DNA of 64,000 nt from Octopus vulgaris (lineage: Eukaryota). The number at the start of each line of letters is the position of its first letter. The stretch's first letter is position 1. Location of the stretch: the NCBI GenBank assembly GCA_951406725.2, contig OX597819.1, positions 92,442,001 through 92,506,000 of the forward strand, in the 5' to 3' direction. The translations under genes and the position numbers were made by a program. Shown here piece by piece: positions 1-12,600 of this stretch. The notes below the pieces were generated by a model. The model saw only the letters and a list, made by a program, of their open reading frames with translations. It ran no database searches and was not told the DNA's origin.

Positions 1-54
1 ATATATTTTAAGCGTTGTTGTCACTAACGATCTCAAGATATAACTTATATTTTG
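1..54 (+). repeat. Terminal fragment of a dispersed repeat, same end as 29979-30024, running into (TA)n
   Basis: AGCGTTGTTGTCACT..CTCAAGATATAACTT(T)ATATTTTG is shared with 29979-30024. Confidence 0.6.
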
Positions 55-78
55 TATATATATATATATATATATATA

Positions 79-190
79 TTGGCCTGCTCGCTTAGCCAGC
101 GGGGTGGCGTCATTTGAAGGCTAAAACAATGCAAACACATTGTGACCAGCGATGTGTAACAACATCTGATGGTCTGGTCGGTCACGTGAT

Positions 191-198
<8 letters not shown>
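79..198 (+). mobile_element. Probable 3' portion of a SINE inside (TA)n
   Basis: GC-richer 120-bp island between TA tracts ending in a short tandem tail GTCACGTGATCACGTGAT. Family assignment is from recall only. Confidence 0.5.
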
Positions 199-230
<32 letters not shown>

Positions 231-232
<2 letters not shown>

Positions 233-879
233 ATCTTTTCTTTTTGAACGGCAGTTTGTAACATAATTTCTAGGTAACTAAAAAGTTTTAAACTTCGTAT
301 ACTGGTAGAATGTGTTTATAAAACATCATTTTCTCTTGGTTTTATTGAGAAAATTCTATAGCTTGTAAGATATTTCGTCTGAAAATCCGAGCATTTCGGC
401 AATTTTAACCAATCGATTACCTCCATTGAACTAAAATCACTTGCTGCGTCTAAAATTGAGACAACATCTTGTAACTAATCCTAAACCTACCCCTAACACT
501 AACCCTAAATTATATTTTTCTTAATTCTTAAATTAATTTAATTGTTACGCGTAACAATTAAATTTACACGCGTAACAAATAAATTAATTTAACAATTAAG
601 AAAAAAATAATCTAGGGTGAGAGTTAGAGTTAGGGGAGGTTTAGGGTTAAGTTAGAGGATGTTGTCTCAGTTTTAGACGCAGCAAATGATTTTAGCTCAA
701 AAGTGAGCATAGGATTGGTTAAAATTCGAAAAATTAAACTACGTTAACAAACAAATTACAATTTTCTCAAGAAAGCCAAGAGAAAAAAAATGTTTTATTT
801 TGACTCATTCTACCAGTATACGAAGCTTTAAAGTGTTTAGTTAACTAGAAATTGTCTGCCGTTCGAAAGGAAAAGATCC
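231..879. mobile_element. Foldback (near fully palindromic) MITE
   Basis: Ends are GGATCTTTTC..GAACGGCAG / CTGCCGTTCG..GAAAAGATCC. The arms stay complementary almost to the centre (GCTGCGTCTAAAA.TGAGACAACATC vs GATGTTGTCTCA.TTTTAGACGCAGC). It has CTAACCCT/TTAGGG-like sub-repeats and is flanked by ATATATAT on both sides. Confidence 0.85.
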
Positions 880-890
880 ATATATATATC

Positions 891-1371
891 GTGTACATTC
901 AAACAGAAGAGAGGCGACCTTTAACAGGCGGCCTTACACGCTAGAAGAAGCAATCAAAATGACCAAAACCACATTTAAGAGCAATTTCGAAGGGAATGAA
1001 AAATAAAAGCTTTTACCTTGTTTTTCTTTTACAGCCATACTTAGGTTTCAAACTCTAATTAGCTAATAAAATAATTTGCTAGTTAGAGTTCTCATCATAT
1101 TTGCTAATTAGAATTTGAAACCTAGGTATGGTTCTAAAAAAAAAGGTAAAAGTTTTTAATTTTCATTCCCTTCGAAATTGCTCTTGAAGTTGGTTTTGTT
1201 CGTTTTGACTGCTTCTTCTAGCGTGTAAGGCTGCCTGTTAAAGGCCGCTTCTCTTGTGTTTAAATGTACACTAATTTTTGATGGATAATATCTTGTCTAT
1301 TGACTTTTTATATATGTTAGGCCACTGGTAGTGAAATATCTAAAAAAAACTCGTTACCCTATATGTTTTAC
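891..1371. repeat. Long inverted repeat (891-1271, arms about 170 bp) with a unique 3' extension, Penelope-type inverted terminus suspected
   Basis: GTGTACATT..CCTTACACGCTAGAAGAAGCA.. is mirrored by ..TGCTTCTTCTAGCGTGTAAGG..AATGTACAC. TA tracts lie on both sides. Confidence 0.7.
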
Positions 1372-1405
1372 GTATATAGATATATTTACATATATTAAAG
1401 AAAAT

Positions 1406-1619
1406 AAATTTCGAATGCATTATAGCTGTGAAGACAGCAGAAAGATTGGGTATTTATCCTGGTAAAACTGAAAAAGAGTTGCCAGCAGGTGAGAGCACTC
1501 AGCCGATATCTAAGAAATTTCATTCCCTGTAGCTGATTGCTGGCAACTGTACTGCATCTTATAAGGGTAAATACACAATCTTTCTGCTGTCTTCACAGCT
1601 ATACTCCGTTCGAAATTTA
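1406..1619. repeat. Inverted repeat / hairpin element
   Basis: TATAGCTGTGAAGACAGCAGAAAGATTG vs CAATCTTTCTGCTGTCTTCACAGCTATA, plus an inner pair AGTTGCCAGCA / TGCTGGCAACT. Confidence 0.75.
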
Positions 1620-2213
1620 CCTTTTTGTCTCTAAAATATCAGACACAAATTCCATGCTTCCAAAGTTTGCTTTATATATATCTCTTATACGAAATCCGTT
1701 CTGTCTCTGTGTATGTGTGTGTGTCTTCTCAGATCTCAAGCATCCTCCATCCGATAGCACTCAAATTTGATATGCAGGGCGTGTATAAGCCTTGAAAAGA
1801 TTACAAAAATCGATTCCAGGTGAGAATGTGATCGATAAAGCTGTTTTTGTCCTGCTTTTCTTCTGTCAACCTGTACATAACTGCACCTTCCATTTTTTGT
1901 TGTTTTTGTACAGCTTAAAGGCACATTTCTTTCCTGCCAAGCTTACTGTTTAAACCATGTTTGTATTCTCCCAGTCAACAGCCTTATCATTACTGGTACT
2001 TTAAACTCTTCGGTTGCATATTTGTATGAATAAAATCGTTTTTCTTTGGAATAGAAAAAAAGTCTATTTTTATTTCTTCTTTTGCTGGTGTCACAAATTT
2101 AGGTTAAATCAGTGTTTCTCAAAGGGGAGGCCTATGGGACGGTCGGACAAGTTGTTTTGAGTAAATTTGGCTTAAATGTTTGACAACTCAGCACTGTCCG
2201 TTTTGCTCGTATA

Positions 2214-2329
<116 letters not shown>

Positions 2330-2395
2330 ATCAAATTTAATCAAATTCACGATGACAAACATATTTAAAGTCCCCAAAACCTAGGTACTGGATTA

Positions 2396-2818
2396 GGATC
2401 CTTTCGGTTTGAACGGCAGTTTTTCTAGCGGTGTCATATGAAATTGTCACCCATAATTATGACCCTGGTATCGATCTATTGCATTTCAATCTGTTTTAGG
2501 GTTAAAGTTTGGGTTAGGGGTGGGGGGAAGGGTATATTTTTTTCTTCACAAATGTAAATAAACCGAATCTGTTTCTTAAACGAGCGACATATTCATACGG
2601 CACAGAATGTTGTTTACCTCAATGGACGTCATTGATTGGTTAAAATTGCAGAAATTGAAGAAAAAAAACAAGAAATATCTTACAAACTATAGAATTTTCT
2701 CAATAAAGCCAAGAGAAAAAAGATGTGTTATAAACACATTCTACCAGTATACTAAGTTAAAACTTTTTTAGTTACCTAGAAATTATGTTAAAAACTGCCG
2801 TTCAAACCGAAAAGATCT
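2396..2818. mobile_element. MITE with about 29-bp TIRs and 8-bp TSD, related to 231-879
   Basis: TIR GGATCCTTTCGGTTTGAACGGCAGTTTTT / AAAAACTGCCGTTCAAACCGAAAAGATCT. TSD CTGGATTA at 2388-2395 and 2819-2826. The right arm matches the arms of 231-879. Confidence 0.9.
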
Positions 2819-3458
2819 CTGGATTATCAGATTCTGGGTTGTCCATTTATATAATGTTCTTCGTAGGGGTAAAACATTTTTTTTTTTTGTTTGCTGCCCT
2901 CACACGACTTTGCCAGTATATACACATCGAAGCTTTTTTATATCGTCGTAAATGTATCGACTGCTATTTCCAGTAAACATTGGTGCTTTGTTGTACCACT
3001 ACTCTAATTCGCGAATCTGTTGGTTATAATAATAAAATTATACGAAGTTAATATAGAACCAGTGAGCACAATTTTATTGGCCAAATACCCGTCAAAGATG
3101 CAATATTTATATATTTATCCTTGATGAATATGCATAACTAATAATATATATTATACATTTTGAATATTTAGAGTAATATATAACGGGAAACATGTATTTT
3201 TCTTACAATTTCGCAAATATATATTTTAGTATATATGGCAGTTGTATATATTTTAGTTGTACCATTTATATATACATACTTAAGTTGTACCATTCCAACC
3301 GGGGATTGGAATAAGAACGGGGAAGGTTGTGATGTAGTAAAAGAAAGACAAGAAGAGCAGCATTTTACTATTTGCACCGCTATAGACCTTATGAACTATC
3401 AACAAATGAGTGTTTCTTTTCTTAGAAACTTTTTATAAAGAAATTATTATATATTATA

Positions 3459-3497
3459 GGCGCAGGAGTGGCTGTGTTGTAAGTAGCTTGCATACCA
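3459..3497 (+). mobile_element. 5' head of a tRNA-derived CORE-type SINE (family A), split by a 2.4-kb insertion
   Basis: GGCGCAGGAGTGGCTGTGT.GTAAGTAGCTTGC matches the start of the intact copy at 60746. Confidence 0.85.
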
Positions 3498-5911
3498 TTC
3501 ACGGATGCGCGTTGGCGAGTTACTTGCTACAGTGAACAAGGGAAGACATGGACCTGTTTAGCTCCGTTTTAGAGAAAAAGGCGTCGTGAAGGGAAGAGAT
3601 TTTTTTTTTTATGAGCTGGGTAGAAGTGTTGTCTTATTTTATTACAGTATATTCAGTCCTGCTCTGAGGGCATTTTCGCTTACTCTTGGCGGTGAATTTG
3701 TTGCTTGTTTCGCAAGCAAAGTGTGAGAGCTGTAAAGGAGCCGGAGTACCATTGTGGCCTGACTTTTTTTTTCTGCCTGGAACTATATATATATTTATTT
3801 ACTCTTTCTGAACTATTGTTTTTCCTTTCTCTTTCTTTTAATATTATTTTCATTTCTTCCGCCTTCATTGAAGACGTATAGCTGTTTAGCTCCGTCCTAG
3901 AGAAAAAGGTCGACGTCAGGATGAGCGATTTTGTTTTCACTGAGCTGGTTAGAATTGTTGTTTTATTTTTATTACAGTATATTCTGCCCTGCTCTGGGGC
4001 ATTTTCGCTTACTCTTGGCGGTGAATTTGTTGCTTGTTTTGCAAGCAAAGTGTGTGTGGCTTGTTGCCGGTGAGCTTGTTTGAACAGCACGAGAAGCAAG
4101 CCGGAATTTTTTGACGTAAATTGTTGTTTTTCTACAGTGGAGAAAAATTGAAGAAGAATTATTGTTGTTTTCAAAACAACTAAGAGATTTCGAAAACTAT
4201 GGATTTGAAGAAAAGATGAAATTTCTTTTTTTTTTTTTGCTTAGTTACGAGCAAAGAACTGGATTTTATCATCAAATTGAGAGCTGCAAAGGAGCCGGGA
4301 TCGAATAGGGCCGGAGTACCATTGTGGCCTGAATTTTTTTTCTGCCTGGAACTATATATTTTTATTTACTCTTTGCGAACTATTGTTTTTCCTTTTTCTT
4401 TCTTTTATGAACTATTTTTGGTAGGAACTATCATTTTCATTTCTTCCGCCCTTATTGAATAGTTTTCTCTATTTTTCCTGTGTTTATAAATTTTGTTTGT
4501 TGTTTATTTTATGTGGATATTTTAATATGAAGGAAAATAAGGCCACCCCTTTGGAGAGGAAGAAGGTGGTACTACGCACCTATTCTAGGTCGCATGACGC
4601 CATCGACAAGCGTATCATTGATAAAGAACTGTCAGAATGTTTGCCAGCAAAAAAGTACTTTGTGTCCAGGGGTGTCAGGTATGCAACGGTGTGGTTGCTA
4701 TTTGACACCCCTGAGATAGCTTGCACTGCGGCAAGTCAACCCCTAGAAGGAGATGAGATTTTGTTCCTTCCCACATATTGTGGGAAGAATATAACGAGGA
4801 CTTGGGTATGTGGGCTGCCGCCCGGTATTCAGTCTGAATGGACAGAACAGACCATTCGTAGAGGTCTGAGCGGTAGCGGAACCAAGCTCCTCAGTGTCAG
4901 GGTGGAGGCCGCGACCGATTGGGCAGCGTCAAAAGCAGTTCTGAGCCTTTGGACCCAGTCGGCCGGAGACCTAGTATTCCCTGAATATTTGGTTATGGCC
5001 GGGGCCAGGTATCCGGTGATTCTTACGGGTCGCCCCCCTCCCCCAAGTATCACCTGTGCCTGGAACCACGCCACATCAAAACGAACTGCCTCCACCCCAT
5101 TGAAGGGGGAGGCGGAGGAAGTAGTGGAGGCGGTTGCCTCCTCGAAAAGGAAAAGAAAGGCGAGTAACAATGTTGTTCACCAAAAGACATACAGGTTGCG
5201 GGAGAAGAGGCAGACCTCACGGATAAGCCGATAGAAGCCCTGAGTATCGCAAGCCCAAAGAAGAGAAATAGAAGAAGAAAAAGAAAAATGGGAGACGGTC
5301 GGCATAGGTTGATGTGCCGCCGACAGATCCCAATGATCTGCCGGTGGGATGTGTGCCACCGGCAGAAAAGACTCCGTCGGTGGAAATTGTGCCACTGACA
5401 GAGCAGTCTGAAGCCCCCCCCCCGTGAGGAAGAGGTGGAACCCGTCATTTTCTATCACAAGGGAGGGGCTCTCGAGGGATTTTTGAACGGGCTTCTCGAC
5501 CGACAACGTTACGACTCGGTCTGCATTGACTGTCCACGCTGGCTTCCGCAGGTGGCTGCAGAGGTCATAACACATAAAGAACATTTTGAGGTCATAGTGA
5601 CCTTTGCAAAAAAAGAATTTGCTTTTCTCTTTCCGGGCACCGACCTGCCGCTGCAGGCTTCCCAGCAGGCGGCAGGAAACCTATGCAGGGGCTCGGATGA
5701 GAAAGAGGAAGATTAAGAAAAATTTTGTAATTTTTGTGATTTTTAGAGTAAAATTGAATAAAAGAACAGTGATTTCGAGGGTTAATCGGTCGGCTGGCGC
5801 CAGTGCCCTTCTCATTTTTCTTCATCATTATCATCCTCATCTCATTAATATCTTTGTCCCGCCCGCACCTACTTATCTGTGCACGGCTTTCATGGGCAAT
5901 TTAATTAATAA
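3498..5911 (+). mobile_element. ORF1-only (HAL1-like) non-autonomous non-LTR retroelement, Tx1/L1-like
   Basis: Flanked by a 17-22 bp duplication AAGTAGCTTGC(A/T)TACCA (3481-3497 / 5912-5928). It ends in TTAATTAATAAA, has an about 1-kb repetitive 5' region and one frameshifted ORF. No RT or endonuclease motifs. Confidence 0.75.
4527..5716 (+). pseudogene. Frameshifted gag-like ORF1 (RRM-like region, CCHC zinc knuckle, basic/acidic tail)
   Basis: ATG at 4527 opens MKENKATP..TWVCGLPPGI..FPEYLVMAGARYPVILTGRPP. After a shift in the C-run near 5040 the frame reads (Y)HLC-LEPR-H-IKTN-C at 5048-5089, a CX2CX4HX4C knuckle with the first C mutated. Further shifts link it to ORF 5435-5716. Confidence 0.75.
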
Positions 5912-6048
5912 AAGTAGCTTGCTTACCAACCACATGGTTCCGGGTTCATTCCCACTGCGTGGCGCCTTGAGCAAGTGCCATTATAGCCTCGGGCCAACCA
6001 AAGCCTTGTGAATGGATTTGGTAGACGGAAACTAAAAGAAGCCCGTCG

Positions 6049-6096
<48 letters not shown>

Positions 6097-6270
6097 TGCA
6101 TGTATATTTGTTTGTGTGTCTGTGTTTGTTCCCCCAACATCGCTTGACAAGAGATAGTGATGTGTTTACGTCCCTGTAGCTTAGCGGTTTGGCAAAAGAG
6201 ACCGATAGACAAAGTACAAGGCTTACAAAGAATAAGTCCCGGGGACGATTTGCTCGACTAAAGGTGGTGC
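5912..6270 (+). mobile_element. SINE family A, remainder of the split copy
   Basis: B-box-like GGTTCATTCCC, CORE-like GTGGCGCCTTGAGCAAG, internal TA/TG tract, collinear with 60746-61150. Confidence 0.9.
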
Positions 6271-6680
6271 ATACACTGGGCCAAAATCTATTTATTGTTC
6301 TCGTGTCGTCAGCATACTATGGATGGTGTAGACGCCAGACAGAAAACAAGTGAAGAGCGGTTTTTTGACTTTCTTCTGCCTTAGAGAGGCTATTTCTTTT
6401 CATAAGTTCCTCATTCATCTGTATGTATGCAGATTTCTTTGCCACTTATTCCTGGCGAGTCTTTAATGGAACCGTTTTGCATTTTCTTCGTTGTTTTTTT
6501 TTTTTTGTTTTATTGCTGTGTTAACCATAGCTACGGGTTTGTTTGGTCATAAGAATACCTTGTATTGATTTTAAGCTTTTACCTATACCAATGTTATATT
6601 TCTGTAGCGTTAACTCTTCTTTACTCCAGTTTTGTGGTTTCCTTTTTGATTTCCTTAAAGCTTGGATGCATCTCACTCTC

Positions 6681-6747
<67 letters not shown>

Positions 6748-8213
6748 TGTATATGTCAATTCTTTATAAAAACTGTCTTAGTTTTGATATTGCAGTATAA
6801 GATGATCTGAGGTTCTCCTTTCTTCGATCTCAAATATAATATTTGCTAAATATATTGTTTCTTTGGTAATATTGATATTCGCGTTTGCTTTTATATTGTT
6901 GTTCCTAAATTATCGTAACCAAAATCAAAGAATGTACGATACAGGATACCCTAATTCGTCAATTCTATGTACAAAATTTTATTTTAAATACAGATACATT
7001 TCCACGTATGTCTCCACTTTAAATTCCTCAGGCTTTGATCTTTTGCTTTATCATATCTGAGATACCGCACGGATGTGCCTCTACAGAGGCTGGGGGAGCA
7101 GATCGGTTGCTATGTTCTACTTAGTACTTGCGTCTGTAACTACACTGCATTCGTTCACAATGGTAACCAACACCTAAACTTCAAGGTCCAACATTGATGG
7201 CGTGAATGGCAGTGACGCAGCCTTCGCGCATTTGAGTTCAAGTGGATCGCACTTCAAAAAATTTAATTCTGAGAACAATGAAATAAAACATTAAGGGTAA
7301 ATGAATAAGATTATTATTGAGGAATCAAGCATGTGATTCGATACTGTTGACATGGATGGCCATTCACTCATACCTCATTCGAAGTGGCTGTCAATGCGTT
7401 TGGTCTTTGAATCAATCTAACCACCGAAAACACTCCAAGAAAACGGTTGATCTTGGTAAAAAAAAGGAGCAGGCACTGATTGAAGTTCACGATAGACCTA
7501 ATTCTGATTAAAGTTCACGTTTGCCCTAGAACACTCAGACCCATCAAGCATTTTTCGGTTTCTCTTGGGTACAGACACCAAGTTTTCCTTTAACAAGTTG
7601 GTGGCGTTGCCTTTATTAAAAGTTTCGTTTCATCTAATTCTCTTACCCATCTGTATATCCAAGATAATATTTCAAACGTGTAAATTTTTGCACCAAGAGA
7701 TCGTATTTAAATTTAGTCGGATTTTTGTACAATCTAGGTAGATTCCAGTGGTATAAATAATTATGGACAATCGTTAATCGTTTGCATATGCTGATAATCA
7801 CATGCTGGTGAAGGCAACAGGAATATGAATATTACCTCCAGGCGTTTGAATCCATGTCCACAGAGAGAATATATAGAATGTTCAAATATGTTTCATTTTT
7901 TTCTGTGGTTTATTTTCCGCGTGATATTGTGTCTAAACTCTTTGTGTGTGATGTTTTGCATACATACATACATACATACATACATACATACATACATACA
8001 TACATACATACATACGTACATAGATACTTGTACTTGTATGCATGTGTGAGTGTATGCGTGCATACGGATGTATACATAGCACTGTGTGTTTACATCAATA
8101 TCAATTGCTGCTGTATATATTTACTGTTAAATTGGCATATTTCAAATGTTCGGAATTGAAAAGGTTGACAGGAATTTACATACATATATGCCTGCATACT
8201 TACAGGCTTGTAA

Positions 8214-8265
<52 letters not shown>

Positions 8266-8455
8266 CATATACATATGGTAAATGAAAGACGGAATATGGA
8301 AGATACCAGAATTTTTATTAATCATTACAATATATGTATGTGTGTATGTATTTATCTAACTACCTATATATATATATCTCTCTCTCTCTATATATATATT
8401 TATAAATATACATGCTTAGTTTTACATATTTATATATATTTATATATGTATGCAT

Positions 8456-8495
<40 letters not shown>

Positions 8496-8660
8496 TATTA
8501 CATTTATTAGGGAATAAAATTTCCGGCATTACAGGGGTTCAAATTATTCTCAATGAGGAAATATATGTTATTTAGAGATAGTAGTCCCCTTCATCACACC
8601 ATATAAAAAAGAATTTTAATATGATACTTACTATCTCTAAATAACACACACACACATACG

Positions 8661-8698
<38 letters not shown>

Positions 8699-9204
8699 CA
8701 TACATACATACACACTTGCGCACACGCGAATAGAAAGAGGGCTGTAATTATGGAAAAACTTTGAAAGCGACCAGAAAATTCGTGTGTATATCTGTATACA
8801 TGGCACAGAAAGACAGGGAGGTAGAAAGTGAGCGTGTACGTATACATGTGTGTGTTCGTGGTGTTTGTGCAGAAGAGAAAGACGGAGTAAAATTAAGATA
8901 TTCAAGAACAAGAAAACTAGAAAAATAAGTAGGGATATTAGGTAAGAGAGAGAAAAGGAGGGGGAAAAGCGAGAAAATAGAGAGAGAACGAGAGAGCAAG
9001 TTTGTCGAATTGTTAGAGATATTGTTGCGAGTGGGGTGTTACGAATGGATGCAACATAAAGGTCAAAGCGATGCAATGGAAGAAGTAAAGAAAGGATATA
9101 TCAGGCGGGCATATTTCTGAAATAATCTGAATAAGCGAGAAATGTATCAGAGACGGGAGGCAAGTGAGAGGGAATAAATGGAAAAGTGATAGAGGGAGAG
9201 GAAG

Positions 9205-9248
<44 letters not shown>

Positions 9249-10124
9249 AGAGAGAGTGAGAGAGAGTGAGGGGGAATTAGGGGTAAGTGTGATAGATAGA
9301 TAGATAGATAGATAGGGTGAAAGGGAGATGAAAATATTTGCTGTTGGAATTTAAATCTTCGTGGAAGAGGTGGGTGAATAAGGAAAAGTGTAGACCGGTG
9401 ATAAACTGAAAGCTTTTGAGCGTCTGGGAAGCGGTATATATGACGGTATATATAACTCCATGAATGTATGCACGTATTAGCTATACATACGACATATATA
9501 CCTATAAACATATGTGTGTGTATATATATCTACACACGCATACACGTACATACATGTATACACACAGATACACATATATTAACCTGTATACATACATCAA
9601 TACTTGCAGACACATATATTAATATTACAGACTACAATTCTTTCTGCGCTGTAATCACACATTTGTTTAATCCCCATACATATATTTAATCTTAACACGG
9701 TCTACCCGTTGAGTTTGCTCTCTCAGCGAATAAATACCTCCCTTAGAAGAACTAAGATAAAACTGCTTAGATTCATGTTCGTCTATGTACTATAAATGTA
9801 TGTATTTGTGTATTTGTGTTTATATATATATGTGTGTGTGTCTCCGTCTGTCTACGCACAACTGGAGTACAAATAAGTGTTTACTTTAGTAAGTACGTAT
9901 TTGTCTTTTATATACTGTTGGAACACGACAGCGCCAAAATCGACCTGACATTCCTGGTACTTTAGTATTTAAGTACCTGGTTCTCTTGAATCCTGCAAAT
10001 TATGCATGTATATATATTTATATATATATATACATGTGTGTATATATGTATATATATATGTATATACATATATGTATATATATGTATGTATATATATGTA
10101 TATGTATGTATATATATATATATA

Positions 10125-10170
<46 letters not shown>

Positions 10171-10273
10171 TATATGTATATATAAAAAAGGGCGAATTCA
10201 CAAAAAAAGACGAAGTTAAGTGATATAGACAACAAACTGATGAATCAGTTTAACGTTCGGGAAGTGAGAAAGT

Positions 10274-10310
10274 CTTTAACGTTTCGAGTTTTACGCTCTT
10301 CTACAGAAAG
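10274..10310 (-). ncRNA. Minimal type-I hammerhead ribozyme, A6U core variant
   Basis: The minus strand reads CUUU-CUGUAGA-A-GAG(cguaaaa)CUC-GAAA-CG-UU-AAAG, with palindromic stem III ACGU. Confidence 0.7.
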
Positions 10311-10984
10311 GAACACAGAAATAAACAAGGAGAGAAAATAAAGAATGTGTAGTGGCTAGCGATTTATCATGGCGAATGCTGGACAGAGGGGTCACACAGG
10401 AGAGCTAGGAAGAAGGGAGATAATAAAGTAGAGGTGATCCCAAAACGAAGGTACGCGTTCGTGTGTATAAGAGAGCATGAATATGCGTGTGGAAGAGGGC
10501 TGGTGATCTTGATGTGTGCGTGTGTGGATGTGTAGGTGTGTGGATGATTGTGTGGAGCTGGGAAGTGGTCAGTACTAGTGTGTGCGTGGTGGTGTGATGT
10601 TATGTGGTGTTGTGTGTATATGGTGGTGTATGGTGTGGTGATCGGATATGAGGGAGGCGAGAGTGGGGAAAGCAAGGGTAGGGTGTGGGTTAGGCTAAGG
10701 TTGGGTTAGAGGTGGGGTATGTGGGTTAGGCTGAGGATGGGGCAAAGGTTGGGTATGTGGGAGTGGGTGTAAAGGATGGGGTGTGGTGGGGATAGATAGG
10801 GAAGGTGCGGCTGGATTTTATTTGGGTGGGGTTAAAAGGAGGTATGAAGATGAACGGAGAGGGAAAGGGAGAAAATGGGTAAGAGTGAAGAGAGAAGGAG
10901 AGTAGGAGTCGGAGCAAGAGAGGAAAGGTGGGTGGGAGGAAGTAGGTGTGAGAGGAAGAGAGGAAGGTGGAGGAGGGTTACATG

Positions 10985-12600
10985 AAGAGGGGAAGGGAGT
11001 TGAGCCCATGTGGTGCAAAGGAGCGAAGAGAGAAGATTAATCCCTGTTCACGGCGAAAACGGGAGTCCGGATGGCCCCTAGACAAAGACATTCAGAACAA
11101 AGACAGGTGTTGCAAAGAAGGATCGGTAGAGCGGAAATGGCACAAGACCGAGGTGTCATTGCCGAGTCGGATGTCTCGGAGGCGTCCCGATGTATAGAGA
11201 AGAGTAGAGAGAGTAGGAGATGCAGTAGATGACATTGGTAGAAGTGCAGGTGAAGGAGTCGGGGATATGATAGGGTGGATGATGGGTGCCAGTGTGGCAG
11301 TGTGGCAGCGTGGGTGGGAGCAGGTGAACGAGCCGGGTTGTGAGGTTGGGTTAGGGAAGAAGCTGTGGGCCAAGAGGTATCATAGGTAGTGGGATCCTTT
11401 GAAGAAGGAAAGGGGTCGGTTAGGGAAGATGTACGAAGTGGAGTGGTCGGACTGGAGATGCCGAAGGCTCGGAGTATGGTGTGCTTGAAAGGTAGGGTGG
11501 TGTGGTGGTAGGTGAAAAGAAACGGGAGACGTGAGACGGCAGGCCGGGTGTTGGGGAAGAGAGCAGGTGTACGGTCCACGGAACGTGCTCTGGCAAGGGC
11601 GGTGTGGATAGTAATGAGGGAATATCCACGTAGGATGAAGTGGCGAGCAGTGAGTTGAGACTGAGTCGCAAAGTCATGGTCGTCACTGCAGAGCCTCTTT
11701 AGACGGAGGAATTGGGAATAGGGGATAGAAAGCTTGGTGTGCTTAGGGTTGGAGGAGGAGAAATTGGGGTATGAGTGTGAGTCTGAGTGCTTTTAGTGGA
11801 TGAAGGTGGTGAGACTGGAGTGATGAATGCCGGCTGAAATGTCATGAAAAGAGATAGAGGTGTCAGAGATATTGCAGGAGAAGTGGAGGGCAGAAGGGAA
11901 AGATTTGATAAAAGAGCAGAAGAGTCCAGTTGTTCGCGGGAGAGTCAGGTCGCACCGATGCATTCGTCAATATAACGGCCGTATAGTTCGAGAGTGGGAC
12001 TAGTAAAACTTGAGAATATTTGGGCCTCAAGGTAGCCAATGAAGAGGTTCGCATAGTTGGAGCCCTTTCTGGTTCCCATAGACACTCCCGGAAATCTGCT
12101 GGTAAAAATCACCAGCGAACGAGAACAGTTGAGTGAAAGGACAAGTTCGGCCAGACGAACGAGTGTGGATGCGACTGATTGGTCGTTGGGTCGTAGGTTA
12201 AGGAATTACCGTGTAAAGGATCTGGATGTCGAGAGTGAAGAAAAGGTTAGAAGGACCAGGAGGGAAGAAGAAAGAGTTGAACAAATGAAGCAGATGGTTG
12301 GTGTCATGAATGTGAGAGGGAAGCGAAACCACGAGCGGGCCAAGGATACTGTCAATATATCTGGAGATGAGTTCGGTGGGGCAGTTGCAGGTTGAGATAT
12401 CGAAGGGCCGAGAGTTCGGCTGGGGAGATGTTGAGATGACGGGGACGCCTGGAAAAGTTAAACCGGTCCACAGCACGTTGGTAGGCGCCCGCAAGAAGAT
12501 CGACTGCTTGGAATTGGCCAGGAGCTGGCATCCACTGGGATGGTCGGCGACCCAGGTCAGTGAAGCAGTCTTCCTCATTAGATGCAGGTGGAGTGAGGGA
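10985..12600 (-). pseudogene. Penelope reverse transcriptase + GIY-YIG endonuclease (frameshifted)
   Basis: CNCPTELISRYIDSILGPLV..LPSHIHDTNH..FTLDIQILYTVIP (12198-12400); GVSMGT..NYANLFIGYLE (about 12025-12090); LYGRYIDEC (about 11960-11990); FTCTSTNVIYCI..LYIG (about 11180-11255); C-terminal LIFSLRSFAPHGLN (about 11000-11040). Confidence 0.92.

Noticed and set aside
1681-1830. Helitron-like 5' end (TC start, TG-rich tract, similar layout to 30028)
   Set aside because: No matching CTAG/hairpin 3' end was located.
6270-6325. CUGACGA on the minus strand next to the SINE end
   Set aside because: No GAAA or closing stems. Possibly truncated or chance.
8565-8646. 18-bp inverted repeat with a partial hammerhead-like UGAUGAAGGGG on the minus strand
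   Set aside because: The GAAA and stem III half is missing, so it is not counted as a ribozyme.
10440-10990. G-rich, strand-biased tract and the His/Pro/Thr-rich ORFs on its complement
   Set aside because: It is low-complexity 3' sequence inside the Penelope element, not an independent gene.
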